From positions 62,001-126,000 of the forward strand of contig NW_027437434.1 of assembly GCF_964204645.1 (NCBI RefSeq): a stretch of DNA of 64,000 nt, in the 5' to 3' direction. The notes beneath the pieces are model-generated. The model did not search any database. It saw only the letters and a program-made list of their open reading frames with translations, and was not told the origin of the DNA. How positions within the stretch are numbered: the first letter of the stretch is position 1; each line of letters begins with the position of its first letter. Shown here piece after piece: positions 27,242 to 41,719 of the stretch. The position numbers and the translations under genes are program-made. The stretch comes from Tubulanus polymorphus (lineage: Eukaryota > Animalia > Nemertea).

Positions 27242-28420
27242 CTAGTAGTAACTGCCTACATGTGGGTGATTGGCTAAAATGCTTAGAATGGCTTTGACCA
27301 CTAGCCAATCAGCGACAAAGTCACCAGAGTGAGGGCGAATATTTTCGCCAACAGTGTTCTAAGATAACCTATTTCACATCAATTCCCGGCAAACCGGTTT
27401 ACCAACAACATCAAAAGAGTTGAAGCGACATAGATCAGCCCATAAGCACTCAAGCCGCCCGTATCTGCCCTGTCTATTACTCCTCAAGCCACCCAAATAC
27501 ATCCACACTTTTTGGTTTACCTTTGTCAGCGATATGATGTTGGCATTGAGCCAATGTAAAATCGCAGTACGTTTTTTTATGTGAGCATTTGTTTCATTGG
27601 TTCTCGGCTGAAACGACATAGAATCGATGCGATTGAAGACACAGGCGAACCTCCGTCGATGACATAGTCAACTGAGTTAAAATTCTACGAAAAACTGTTT
27701 TTGGCGGGAAAATTCTTAGCTCTCGCGTATAAAATTGCTATGACCTCGATTGGGGGCGTCGTCTCTTCGAGCGAATGGGATTGGCTGTTTTTGGAATATA
27801 CCGGGAATTCCGGCACTACTAAAATAATTATGGGAAAGCCATAAATTGGCGTACGTTTCATTGGACTAGGTGCCGTATACGTGCCGATTTCAAATGCTCA
27901 TTGCTGGTGAGGATGTATTATTTCACTCATCTGCCATAGGTATTTGTTTCATTTTAATACCCGGTGATTGTTTCGATTGACATTGAGGTGTAAGCGAATA
28001 TTCACTTACACGAGGCCTCCCATGCATGTGGAGTGTCCCACCACACACACACAAGCTCGTACAGTACGCTACTACCATGGACGTATAGTTTATACGTCCA
28101 TGCTACTACTAAGGGTGATGCTGTAACGCGTGCACGTTTGACATGAAAATAGGCTGAATAATCGTAGCAGAAGATGAGCGCTGTGTTTTCTGTTCGATAG
28201 AATTTGTAATAAATTTTAATTTCTTGTGACCTGAAAATACTAAGCAGCAAACTATAGGTCGAGGTCTGAATATTGTAGGGGTAAATTCCAGGATTTAAAA
28301 CGATCTTATAGCCGATTTCTTCTGTACCGGTATTTTAGCTTCCGTGGCCAACATTGGAAGAGGTTTCCAAGACCCAATATTTAGCAACACCCTCTGATAT
28401 GTGACATCATATGAATTTTA

Positions 28421-28986
28421 GGCCATCCCAAAATAATGGTCTGTTTGCCGTAACCCGACCGACCCGACTTCAAAGGTACCGAGTGAAAACTTTTTTTCTG
28501 GGATTGAAATAAATTTTATGTTTGATAAAAACGGCCGACCGACCGACCCACTGCCGACGTATGAGCTACGTATGTTTGAATTCAAGTGTGCATCGTGTGA
28601 AAACATGCCTTGAGATGTGGCCTAGTTTAAGTTTTCCAGGAAACTGGCAGTGTTCCAATAAGCTGCCATTCATTCTAATAGTGACTATATTAAAGCTGGT
28701 AACGTAAAAGCGCGCACATATTCAATGTACTGTTTCATTTCAGGGATGACGCTCTGGACGAAGTTATGATTTAGAATAATTCTTGAAATCTACGCTATTA
28801 GACAAATTTCCCGTGCACAATGTAGATGATTTTTTTTGCGATATTGTTTCCATGTAAAAAAGCCCAAAGGTGAAAAATTTGGTTTTTTTTGCCCAAAAAT
28901 TTTGCAAAAGAAATTTCAACCTACCTACTGACTCCTGAAAAGTTGATTCGGTGTTGCGGCAAACAGACAATTATTTTGGGATGGCC
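28421..28986. mobile_element. PIF/Harbinger (Tourist-like) MITE, TTA TSD
   Basis: tta|ggccatcccaaaataatggtctgtttgccg...cggcaaacagacaattattttgggatggcc|tta. The paralogous site at about 30251-30265 is empty. Confidence 0.9.
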
Positions 28987-29468
28987 TTATTTGAATATTT
29001 TTTCATATTGTGAAACACATTTTTTGGAAATTATAAAATAGTTTCCCTGCCGCGCCTACCTGTACTCTACAAAATTTTGGACGTGGACCGTAAACAAATG
29101 TATATCTTTGGTCTTATTTGACTACAAAATAATTCTTTAAGAAAGATAAATACAATATAAACTTGTGGAACTTTGAAGTCACGAATTAAAAAGATTTTTG
29201 AAGCAATGCCCTTATTCCAAACAACCTACAAGCTTTCAAGGTAAACCTGACTTTGCCCATGGGCAATTTATTTTCATTGGTTCTCGGGTTAAACGACGTA
29301 TAGTCAATGCGATTGAAGACATGACGAACCTCCATCGATGACATGGTCAACTTTGTTTAAATTTGACGAATAACTGTTTTTGGTGGGGAAAATTCTAAGC
29401 TCTTGCTATAAAATTGCAATGACCTCGATTGGGGGCGTTGTCTCTATGAGCGAATGTGATTGGCTGTT

Positions 29469-29633
29469 CAGTGTTTTCAGTAAGAGCCAGGTCCCAGGTC
29501 CCAGACCCGTCTGTTGTTTGTAAAGGACCCGCCTGCTTTTTCAAACCAGCTTTTGTTTCAGGGACTGTGACATAGGGGGACCCTCCTGTTTTTCAAAGGG
29601 ACCTGGCTTGTTAATTTCTTATTGAAAACACTG
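29469..29633. mobile_element. 165-bp hAT-like MITE with 5-bp TSD ctgtt
   Basis: ctgtt|cagtgttttcagtaaga...tcttattgaaaacactg|ctgtt. Paralogous sites at about 283 and 27785 are empty. Confidence 0.88.
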
Positions 29634-30633
29634 CTGTTTTTGGGATATACAGGGAATTCCGGCGCTACTAAAATAATCATGGGAAAGCCATTAATGGCGA
29701 ACATTTCATTGGAATAGGTGCCGTATATGTGCGAATTTTAAATGCTCATTGCTGGTGAAAAATATAATTATTTCACATATCGCCATAGGTATTGTTTCAT
29801 TTTAATACCCGGTGATTGTGTCGATTGCGATTGAAGTGAAGCAAACGTTCACTACACAAGGCCTCCACGTGCGCGGAGTGTTAAACATTAGACTGTTGCA
29901 CACACAAACACACGCTCATACAGACTACAATATGGTGATGCTGTAACGTTGCTTGGCGCGTCACGTTTGATATGATAACAAGCTGAATAATCGTCGTAGC
30001 AGAAGATGAGCGCTGTGTTTTCTGTTTGATAGAATTTGTAATAAATTATAATTTCTTGAGTAAGTGACCGGAAAGTACTAAGCAGTAAACTATACGTATA
30101 AGATGAATTTACCACTTCTACAATATTCAGACCTCAAGGATATAAAACGATCTAACGCGGCCTGGTGTTTTAGCTTCCGCGGCCATATATTGGAAGAGGT
30201 TTCGTTTCCAAGACTCAATATTTACCCACCCTCTGATATGTGACATCATATGAATTTTATTTGAATATTTGTTCATATTGTGAAAAATATTTTTTTGAAA
30301 ATATAAGATAATTTCCCTGCCGCGTCTACCTGTACGCTACGAAATTTTGGACGTAGACCATAAACAAATGTTCATCTATGGTCTTATTTGGCTACAAAAT
30401 AATTCTTTAAGAAAGATAAAATACAATATAAACTTCTAGAACTTTGAAGTCACAAATTAAAAAGATTTTTCAAGCAATGCCCTTACACCAAACACTGGCT
30501 TTCAAGGTAAACCACACTTTGCCCATGGGCAATTTATTTATGAGTGTTTTTAAAGTTGGTTAGCACTGATGCAATAGATATAGATAGTGACGCTGTATTC
30601 TAAATGCATCCTATTATCTTTCTTGAATTTCAG

Positions 30634-30730
30634 TGGTGAAGCGCTCTTTGACCATGACGATGATTTGATATTCGAAGATTTTGCCCGGCTGCGTTTGAAG
30701 GGACACGATGGCGATGACACTGAGGCCTGA
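30634..30730 (+). CDS. ARRB: beta-arrestin last coding exon: (N)GEALFDHDDDLIFEDFARLRLKGHDGDDTEA*
   Basis: tttcag acceptor, AP2-binding DDxxFEDFARxR motif, TGA stop at 30728-30730. Confidence 0.97.
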
Positions 30731-33700
30731 AAGAACACAAGATTATGTCTTGGTTTGAAGCGTATAAAATCATGGTTGTTCATCTATATGTCTTTATCTC
30801 TCTACAAAAAACTGCCCATATTGTAGTTATTTATGTCTTAATGTCTGTAAATTGTAATTATATATCTAACACTCAGATTGGTTGAATCATGTCAAGGTCA
30901 CCTGAATTTCTAAATAGCTAGTGCTTGGAGTATATATCTTTGACATTGTTAATAAGAGTAATTGTTGGAGTAGGATATATTTATCCACGAGGAGGATCAA
31001 CTTGGAGTATAAACTTGGAGGACAAGTGATATTTCAACTCAATTTGAAAATGAGTCAACTGGGGCTAATAAATGGACTCAATTGGAGCAAATGTGACAAA
31101 AATTTAGTCAAATTTGAGTAAAATTTAAGATAGTAGATATATCACTCACTACTCTCCGGTCTCAGAAAACAGCATATTTTGTGAAGAGTCTACTTTGTAA
31201 AGTATATTCATGATTGCTCTAGATCAATGATGAAAGCCTCCATGAATTGGCCTATGACATCAGCATTTTGTCTCTGCCTAGACCCACAGAGTTGAAATAA
31301 TTGAAAATAAAATACTGGTTTTTTTATTTAATTCTAATTCACAACTGTGATATTGGGTGTCAGGGTTTGGTTTAATAGCCGAGTTCCAAGTTTCTCCTTA
31401 TTGTAACCTCAAAGCTGAAAGCTTAAACCCTTATTGTAACCTCGAAGTTAAAGCTTAAACAGGGCCAAGATAATTTATGCCTAAGGGAATTTTATGGAGG
31501 CACCCATCTTTATACAAAAAAATGAACTTTACTGGTTTAATTGGCTTTGTTTCATCACTCCGTTAAATTACAAGCCTAACTTAAGCAATACTTGTAGCCT
31601 AAATACAGCTCTACTAATAATGCAGTGGGAAATCGAAGACGTCCTACCGATAGAGCAGAACATAGCAAAGCCATACTGAATTCAAGTGATAAAATTCACG
31701 TTTGGGTCAGTTTTTTTTATTTCAGAAATTTAGCTAGTATAGGGAAGGGTAGTTAGTACGTACACATACAGAGCTTCTGGGTGTTTCCAGATAGATTTTT
31801 ATACTATTGTCAGCCAAGCATGTAGTAATTTGTAGTCTAATTTGATAGAAGATATATTTTATGAACAAAAAATTGTTAGAAAATGTTCCTAATCACAGAA
31901 ATAAGAATAAGGCAAACAGACAGAAACCCGAAAAAACTGAATTAATACTTTCAAATCCAAAAATCTTTCTTTTTAACTCTCTGTTTGAAACTGGTCTTTA
32001 TAGGTTACATCAAGTGCTGCTCAGAATGCAAACTATCTGTTGAGGTTGAACCTATTTGTTACTCTCGAAGAATATTATATATATGTATAGTTCAGATTCC
32101 ATCAATAAACTTATGCCGGCCGTAAGTAGTCACTAGCCTTGATTGTGGCATCACCTGGAATAACTAAAGATAATCACACGAGGTAGTGCTTTCAATGATA
32201 GTTGAGGTTGAAAATATGAAATGGGGATTATCCTGCTGCCTAGAAATTGTTGAAGATTTGTTAACGTGGTTTTGAATCAGTAAAACGTAAAGAATATAGT
32301 ACTATGTAGGTTAAATTGTTATTTATTAACTAATTATTTGAGCTACAAACTTTCACTACTAATGCATAGCAGCTTCATCAGGTAAATGAGACTTGTCATT
32401 TGTCCTATTAAGTGAAAGTTTCTGTGAAATAAGAAAATAATGTAGCTTTATAAAGGTGAATTGAATGGAAGATGTTAAGTTGAGGTCGCTTAAGAATTGC
32501 TAAAAAAGTACCTTTTAAATGAAATTCTGCCCTTTTGGAATAAATAACTGCCCTTGACAATCTCATTTCACTATTCTATAGACAATTGGTCTACACTTGC
32601 TTTGTCTCTGTGCCCTGATTTAGATATATTACTTATGCTGTGGGTGTGGTAAGTGCAAATCGTGTGCTCTATTAACTGGGGACTGTGACCACCTATAATA
32701 CTGCATTGTTATATCGTTTTCTTACTATATTTCTATATTTAAACTCCTGCTCGCTGATTGACGAAATTTTATTTGCCCCTATAAATGTTTTCATACCTGT
32801 TTTTAGCTAGGGATTGGTCCAGCCTAGTGATTGATTCCTGCATCAACCCCGCTTTAACTATTGTATAATTGACCAAAAGTTAAGGTTTCTAATGGATTTA
32901 CTTAAGAAGAGTTCACTTATTTAATGAAATGTAGAAGAGATTGTGGATAATCAAGTACTTACTAGTCTATTTCATGATTTCTGTAAAGGTGTTCTAATGC
33001 TAAGAAAGGTCTTGGAACTGTCCAGGCAATATGAATCATCGATTTTTTATCTGTTTTACACTTTGTAGTCAATCATTAGTTGAATCTCAGAAAAATAGAT
33101 TTAAGTTAACTTAACCATGAGAGGAATCTGTGATTGCCACAGTTGGCATTGATCAGGCTTCATTATGGTGAAAGCTAATCAAAATTAAATACCGTCCGGC
33201 TTCCTAAATAGTTTTCCATTCAAATACATGTTTTTGACAAAAAGCAAATTTAAAGTAATAATGATACCATTGATATCTCTTACCTTATGGAACCCTTCAA
33301 AGATACTTATTCTTAAATGATCACGAATTGTTTGTAGGTGTTTTTGTACAATATGGTATGATCAACGGGTATAATAGAAAATCATTCAAATTACGATTGA
33401 ATTGTGGTCTATACAATCTTGAATCTTAACTGTTTATTATGAACACAATTGTCCTGAATTAAGAATTACCATTATCCTGCCAGACATGGAATCCTTGACT
33501 AATGAGGTAGCATTAGTAAGATCCCATTATTTAATTTTCGTGTAATTTTACTTCAATCATTGGGACTTGCTCTTGACTGTTGCCATAGTGCATCATCAGT
33601 GTTATATACAGACATTTTTGTCACTGTGTAATAATACTGGCATGTTATATTCTGGATCCGTCAATTTGCTGACACGTAACATTAGAAATGGACACTGCTA

Positions 33701-35400
33701 TTTCAAGTACCAGTAAACTTTCCAGATACTAAACAGATATACATGTACAGTGTACATAATGATAACATGACCTAAGCATTTTCATGTGGCCTCCAGGGGC
33801 AATAGATACATAAAGAGTGTTATTTTCAGGATATCTGCTAAGCAAAGCAGATTTGACAATGACATATATTGCAAAATTGTTCCTCGAGATAACAACATTT
33901 CTAGTTCAACATATTGATTAAGTGGCCACCAGTGGACGCTACTTACATAAAACTGCCATTTCAGGGTATACCCTTTAATGGAGATTATTTGACTAGTGGA
34001 AACTTCCTACCCAAAATAGCCTCAACCCTCCTAGCGCACCTATTTACTGTGTCTTTTGCTGGGCCCCGCGTGGCTTTGCCATATTTCTATTTTCTTCAAG
34101 GTTGGTAGGCCTATATAATCACTGCAGTTATCAATGTATACCCCTCAGATAATTGACACTTATTTTCGATATTTCTAGTATATCTTACTGCCCAAAATTC
34201 AACAGACAAACACCCAGCCCAAAAATTAACTCAGATTTTCACCCTTTTGAGTCAGAGCTGTCTTGTCAGGCCCTCGACAGGTCTTGATCAAGAATTCAAG
34301 AGAAACGCTCGGAATACACAAGATCTGAAAGTAAGAGAGTAATTTGTTTTAGCATACTAAAACGGAAATGAAATACTACTTTAATTTGCAGTATGAAAAT
34401 TAAAATCTAGAAAATCATATTTCTACAATCGTTTATCGTTGGGGTTGTTCATTTAGATGTACGAATCATATGACCCCTCCCCTTGTATGCGAATTGAGCC
34501 ATGTTTTTTTTACATATTTTGTATGTATCATAATCCTCTCTTAAGTTTGTTGATGGAACTGAACGGGAGCCTATTAGTCATTCTGATTATAAGTTGATGA
34601 GTTAATATTGAATTGCATTGAATGGCACTACGTGTATCAGAAAGATATTAAACCAATAATTTGGCTTCGACAGAGTTCCACCTTCCGTAAGTATATTAAG
34701 CTTCAACAGAGCTTTGGTGGCTTTAAAAATAGCAACCGCCCGGCATTAGACGGCAGCCAATTTTATTATATCCGTCGAGAATTCGTTGATGTTTTATTGA
34801 GGAATCGACGATCCAACGATCTGGTCGGATCTTCGTCAACCTGAGCTTGACTTAGTTCAATAAGCTGTTGTCATTTGATGGGACTAGAGCATTGATTTGG
34901 TTGATTGGTAACTGCACCCCAATAGCAGTAGTATTCTTTGTGCCAGGAGGAAAATGTCCCCAAAAGTCCCTTCATAGGACGAATATCTTGGATAATTCTA
35001 TGGGAGTACTTAGTTGTTTGGGGCGTAATATCACCGGGGCAATTTTTGAGGGGGTGTATGTATGTCTAGGGCGATTGACCCGAAGAATTGTCCTAGAATC
35101 GTTCTATAGGGCTAACTCGACCCTGCTCAACGGTTTAATTCAATTAATATTCAACTTGAGATTGTCGAGTTAACCATTTTCCATCCGAGATTGAGAAGTT
35201 ACTGAATTGTGGAAATAAGCATCATTTTTCACTGAACCTTGGTACAGGTTCTGACTCCATCCAACTCAGTTAACAACCAGTTGAGCTTTTACTAGTCAAA
35301 TGCAAGACTGGCAATGGCGCCTAAAAAGATTCGATCTTGTGAACCATTGTCACGACGTCTGTGAATCATTGTAATAAACGAGTTAGAGTTAATAAAAATT
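30731..35400 (+). other. Probable long 3' UTR / downstream region of beta-arrestin
   Basis: Mostly unique AT-rich sequence with few transposons after the stop codon. AATAAA hexamers near 31306, 32539, 35373 and 35391. The true end is not determinable. Confidence 0.35.
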
Positions 35401-36289
35401 TGTTATGATTGTTATACATGTTAAGATTAACTCATTGTGCATTTCTATATTACCTTGATTTACTGAAGATCCTCTGACCTACAGCTTTGGGGATCACCTC
35501 ATAATCTATATCTGTCTATGTATGTAGTGTGTACTATTTAGTGGTCAACCATATTATTATTATTAATATTGGATGGTTCTGATTGTTAGAGAAGTAAAGA
35601 ATAAAGGGAGTTAAGTGTATATGGAAATGTATTTTAGATGTTGTTGAAGTTTCTTTTGTGTGAAAGCACCTCTACGGGCGTACTCTTTTATGACCTCCGA
35701 AGTCTATGTCCGAAATCTCCGGTTGGCTCCACACAAAATCCGAATCACACCACCTCGACAGAAAGGAGGTTTCGGAGACTCCAAAAAGTCACGTGACCAA
35801 TAAAAGAGTACGATTGGAGGCAAACGGATTCTCCGATCTGATAAAAGAGTTCGCCCTAGGAAATCATCGTCAGGAGTGCGCTTCAGGCATATTCCCTCGA
35901 CAGGGATCCGAACCTGATGGCATCGATAGACTAAATTACGGTCAAAACGTCCTCTGTATTATGTCCTCTCCGCGCACAATCAGCGGTGGTAGAGAGGGCG
36001 GCACCTTACGATAGTCACCTTTGAACCTGATGTTTAAAAAAATCTGCGGTCTTTGAGTAAATTTCCAATTTCTTCTGACTTTACTGGTTTTCGTCAAATC
36101 TGCGAAATGGTGTTTTTAGAGCTAAAAAGTAAAATATTTTTTTCCAAACCCAGTCAATATTTTTTTGGTTTTTCTGTAGTATATGCCTTAAATTTTCGCA
36201 GTTTGATGACAGTTTTTTGATTGGTAGTTCTATTTCCTAGTAATTATCGTCGGAATACGGAGAAACGGTTGATTTTCGCAAATGTTTGA

Positions 36290-36705
36290 ATAATGATGAT
36301 AACGACAATCTAATAGTTTTTATTATATCTTTAATAATAAATTAGGTTATGGTAAAATAGAAACTAAGGATTTAGAAACATTAAATTTTAATAAATTTCC
36401 GAAATTCTATGATAATTTAAAACAAGAAAATAATAATGGTTGGGTTTATTTTATTTTAGATAATAGTGAAAGATTTAGTAAAGCTGGTATACAAAGAATA
36501 AATCAATCAATTAGAACTTATTTGATATGTATTCTAGGTGCTCCAATAGATCGATTCCAGAAAACATAGTTATCAAAATTATTTAGATAGATATAGATCA
36601 TAGAAGATATAATTAAAACCAATAATGATAAAAAGTCCCATGAAAATACTAAATTAGCTATAACTTGTATAGGAATTGTAATAGGCGGAATATTATATTT
36701 TAAAT
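36290..36705 (+). pseudogene. Remnant of a Polinton accessory protein with a C-terminal membrane anchor
   Basis: GWVYFILDNSERFSKAGIQRINQSIRTYLICILGA...SHENTKLAITCIGIVIGGILYF. Resembles, from recall, an ORF recurrent in invertebrate Polintons. Confidence 0.55.
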
Positions 36706-36737
36706 TTTAATTTTTTATTATATAAATAGATATTCCA

Positions 36738-38645
36738 ATGGATACTTTTGGTGACGCCCCTGGTATAAGTGATGAACCACAACTTGATTTTCCTGATACA
36801 AGTACCAGTAATGATGATGGATCAGCATATAATAATAATTTAAATAATGATGAAGATGATGATCCATCATATAATTCTAGTTTAGCTGATGAAGATGATG
36901 GTGTAATTAATTACGAAACGCGTGAAAGATTTAAAGAATATATGACAGCTCCCGAAAGGAAAGTTATTAAACCCGTAACATTTAGAAAAGATTTAATGAA
37001 TAGAATAGTAAATACAACTGATCCTTATTTGAAAGAGCAATTATATGGAATGAAAAGTAGAGTAATAGATACAATTGCTAACGAATTATTACCAAAAGAT
37101 GTAATAGATAAAGTTGATACAGAAGAAATTGTAATGCAAATTTTAAAAGATGATCCACATTTCATGAATAATTTAGAATTTAAAAATGATGTATGGTTTT
37201 ATAATGTTGAATTATATAACAAAACTGCATCAATACAATTATCTAGAATGGGTCAAGAAAATATTTTTGAACCTGGAGTGCGAGCAGGATCTACAATTGA
37301 ACGTTCAAAAGGTGGTTCAGAATTTCTCAGAATTATATGGAATGCACTCGATAGAATAAATGAAGAAGAACCAAATGTTGGTATTGATATTAACAAATAT
37401 TCCCCATTTAAAATTTAAATCCTACTTATGTTGATCCAGAAATGGAAAAGTATGGAGATCGATTAGATAAATTAAGAACTGCAACACCAGAAACATCGAG
37501 AAGAGATATTCAACAAATTGATAATGATTCAAGCAATTACAATAAGGAAAACATTAAGATAACTTACTGGATACAATGAATTCATTTGAAGAACAGAGAT
37601 GAGAATTCCCCGCGGATCCGCGGTTTCCCGCGGATTTCAGTATTGAAAAATATCAATTTTCCAAATAGTCCAAAAATGATGTAAATTTATGGGGGGGGGG
37701 GGGGGGGTGATGATCTCACTCAATTGGTCCGGCGCGATCGGTAATCAGGTGAACCGTAAAAGCGTTCAGTGCCTGTTTTACTTATCGTCACGTAAAAGTA
37801 TCGCATTTCAATGCATATTCATTGCAACACAGTGATTTTGTATGTACATTGTACTACGATGAGTTTGTATGTATTTTATCGATCGGTTGCAGACACGCAC
37901 GCACAGCAACAGTAGTAACTTATATAGGTCTACTTACTGTTGCTGCGTGTGTGTGGCGAACGCTTTCGGATATTATACACTACTTGGTGATGATTTTTAG
38001 TGAGCATTCATCGGCGCATTTTTACTGCAATAATTCAGGGCTCGACCCGTAATGCATGAGATGCTGAATGTCATCAAATGAGGATGTACCACATTGGAAC
38101 TAGCCATTACCTTCCAAAATATAATAGTCGTTCATGGGTTCGAGATCGCTCTAAGTGCTCGGAAAACGTATTTAATTTCTTAAATTTTCTTGGGGGAGGG
38201 CCCCCAAACCCCCCCCCCCCGAAATAGCTTCGCGCCTTCCGCGCTCGCTAGTGCTGACGGCGTAGCCGTCAGCTGGTTCGCGTATGTCACTCAAGAAAAA
38301 ATAACCCGCGGATTTTACAGGTCGGCGTTCTCATCCCTGGAAGAAGAGATGCATAGTATTTTAGATACACCCGGTACTGAAACTGGAACAAATCAAATGC
38401 AATCTTTATTAAAAAAAGGATTACTTGATTTAAATGAAGAACAATTAAAAATATTTCCTGAACAAGCACGTAGAGAAATTAAAGGTATGCAAGAATCAGC
38501 TGGTGAAATTGCCAATATCAAGATGAGATTTTCTAAAATAACCATGTTAAAAAAAGAATTAACTGACGCAAATGAAGAATTAAAACAATTAGAATTAAAT
38601 AAAGATCTTCAAGTAATTGATGAAGTTGAATATGAATGCACAAAG
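36738..38645 (+). pseudogene. Polinton hypothetical protein (acidic N-terminus, coiled-coil C-terminus); frameshifted and split by MITE 37594-38339
   Basis: ORF 36738-37418 continues after a frameshift to about 37593 and resumes at 38340 (EEEMHSILDTPG...) with the same AT-rich codon style. Confidence 0.65.
37594..38339. mobile_element. hAT-like MITE with 6-bp TSD gaagaa, inserted in the Polinton
   Basis: gaagaa|cagagatgagaa...ttctcatccctg|gaagaa. Confidence 0.85.
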
Positions 38646-38649
38646 TTAG

Positions 38650-39656
38650 CTTTGAAAAAAAAATTAACTATAAAGATTGGACCAGAAACAGTTTTTTCAT
38701 GAGATGATTATAATTTATTTATGCATTATAAAGATTTATGGTTAACAAAAGAAAATAGAAATAATATGATATTTCAAGGCATCCAATCAGAAAACCCTAA
38801 TAAATTAAGATCAAGAGCTAATGACGCAATAGTAACTCGTACCGCAGATAATTTGATTAAAAAGATTTATGGAAGCAAATATAAAATTCCATTAGACTTT
38901 GAATTGATAAATAATAATGCGCCTTTATATAAATATGCAATTCAAGAAGATATTATATTCGAAATAACATTTGCTCCTGTTAATGAAATTGTATTATCTA
39001 GCGTTGTTAAAGATATGGGTTATAAATTATCGAATATATGTTTAGAATATGACACAGTAACTGATGAAAATATTTCAAGTATAATTCAAACTCAATACAA
39101 TCAAGGATTTTCATTATTATATGATTATATTGATGAATTTAAAACTGTAACTATTAATGCAAGTGATGAAATAATTAATGAGAATATCAACTTCTCAAGA
39201 AGATCTATTAAAGGTATATTAATATTTTTTACAATTGCTACATATTCTAATGGCGCAATACAGGTTGATAATTATTATAATCCTGAAATATCAAAAGTAG
39301 AAATAACTATCGAAGGTATAGGAAATGAAATATTCTGTCAAGGAATGAGAATGATAGAACAATGGCCAGAAATTAGAAAATATTTTATGAATGAAAAAAT
39401 TAAATCATCTGAAAATTGTAATATTAATCAAATTGATTATAATACCGGCAATAAATATGCATTATGGTTAGATTTTAGAACGACAGAGGATAACTTATTA
39501 CATGGTTCTGGGAAGAAATTACCGAACACTAAAGATGGAATACAATTATTCATGAAAAAGAAAAAAGGAGACTAAAATTTCAAAATGCACATTTATATTA
39601 TATCTGACGCGCAATCAAATATCATAAATTCTCAATTGAATAGTGTTATGTATTAA
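38650..39656 (+). pseudogene. Polinton/adintovirus major capsid protein (double jelly-roll, hexon-like); N-terminus lost, with premature stops
   Basis: KKLTIKIG..VFS*DDY..YKDLW, YKIPLDFEL, YKLSNICLEYD, RSIKGIL, YNPEISKVEITIEG, YALWLDFRTTEDNLLHGSG, ...IISDAQ...Y*. Confidence 0.85.
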
Positions 39657-39689
39657 AATTTTAGTTTTCATAAAAAAATTCTATAATAA

Positions 39690-40797
39690 ATGGAAGGAGG
39701 AATATATGAAATACAAAGTCCAAGTGAAATGATATCGGATATATATTATATAATACCTTATGATGAATATAGTAAGTATTTTGGAGAATACTTTAATGAA
39801 TTCAATTATAGAATAAGTAAAATAGAAAAGAATATTGAAACAAAAAAGAAGATAATATTGAAACAAAAATAGGATATAAGAATATTGAAACTAAAATAGA
39901 AGATAATTTTGAAACAAAAATAGAAGATAATGTTATACCTTCTACATCGAATAATGATAAGATTGAACCTAAAATAACAAAACCAAAAAGACAAATGAAA
40001 AATATTGTGATGTATGTAAAGAATATAAAAGTTATAAGAGTTGGGCAACTCATCTTAATTCAATCAAGAATAATAAAATTAAGAATAAGAATATAAATGA
40101 ATTGAATAATAATAGTGAAATTGATAATGATAAAACTGAAGAAGATAATAATAATGATAAATATTGTGAAGAATGTGATATTTAAGTCGTAGTAATTTTT
40201 CAAAACACAAATTAACTCAAATACATTTGGATAATGTAGAAAGAAATATATGTGAAAAGTGTAATGTTGTTGTATTACCTAAAGATAAAATTAAACATGA
40301 TAATTCTTTTGAGCATTCATTAAAAACTGCTGATCCAAAACACCTTTATAGAATACCAACTGGATTTTTTGATATCGAAAATAATAATCATAGGAAATTA
40401 TATAGATCAATATTCATCGATTATGTAAGAAATAATAAAAAAAAGTATTATCAGATGTAAAAAATCGTTGGACAAATATAAATGAATTTCCAGATGATTG
40501 TTCAGGTATACTTAATTTCATCAAATTTAAGGGAGAGATTTTTTAACAGAATTGAAAAAAGTTGCTGAAGATTTTATAAATAAAATTAAAAATGATGCAA
40601 AAAATAAATATAAAAATATAAGTGAAGGTCAATTAAATCAATATATCTATTTAAATTATGAATTGTTTGCTAAAGGTTTGAGGGCTATCAATAGTTATCA
40701 TACCAAACAATTAGGTGAAGTTGAAGGTAATAGAAAATTAGAAGAATTAAGAGATGCATGGAACAAATTTTTGTTAGAATTAGAATCAGAAAAGTAA
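39690..40797 (+). pseudogene. Polinton multi-C2H2 zinc-finger protein, fragmented
   Basis: YCDVC...WATHLNS, YCEEC...KHKLTQIH and ICEKC...KHDNSFEH motifs spread across ORF fragments. Confidence 0.6.
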
Positions 40798-40812
40798 TTT
40801 AAAATATGAATA

Positions 40813-41704
<892 letters not shown>

Positions 41705-41719
41705 ATTATTTGAAATACC

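Larger units (their letters stand above)
27439..30540. repeat. Tandemly duplicated composite repeat (two units) starting with a piggyBac-like terminus
   Basis: 29270-30540 re-copies 27590-29270 minus the 28421-28986 MITE. 27439-27510 matches the reverse complement of 23045-23123. Confidence 0.8.
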
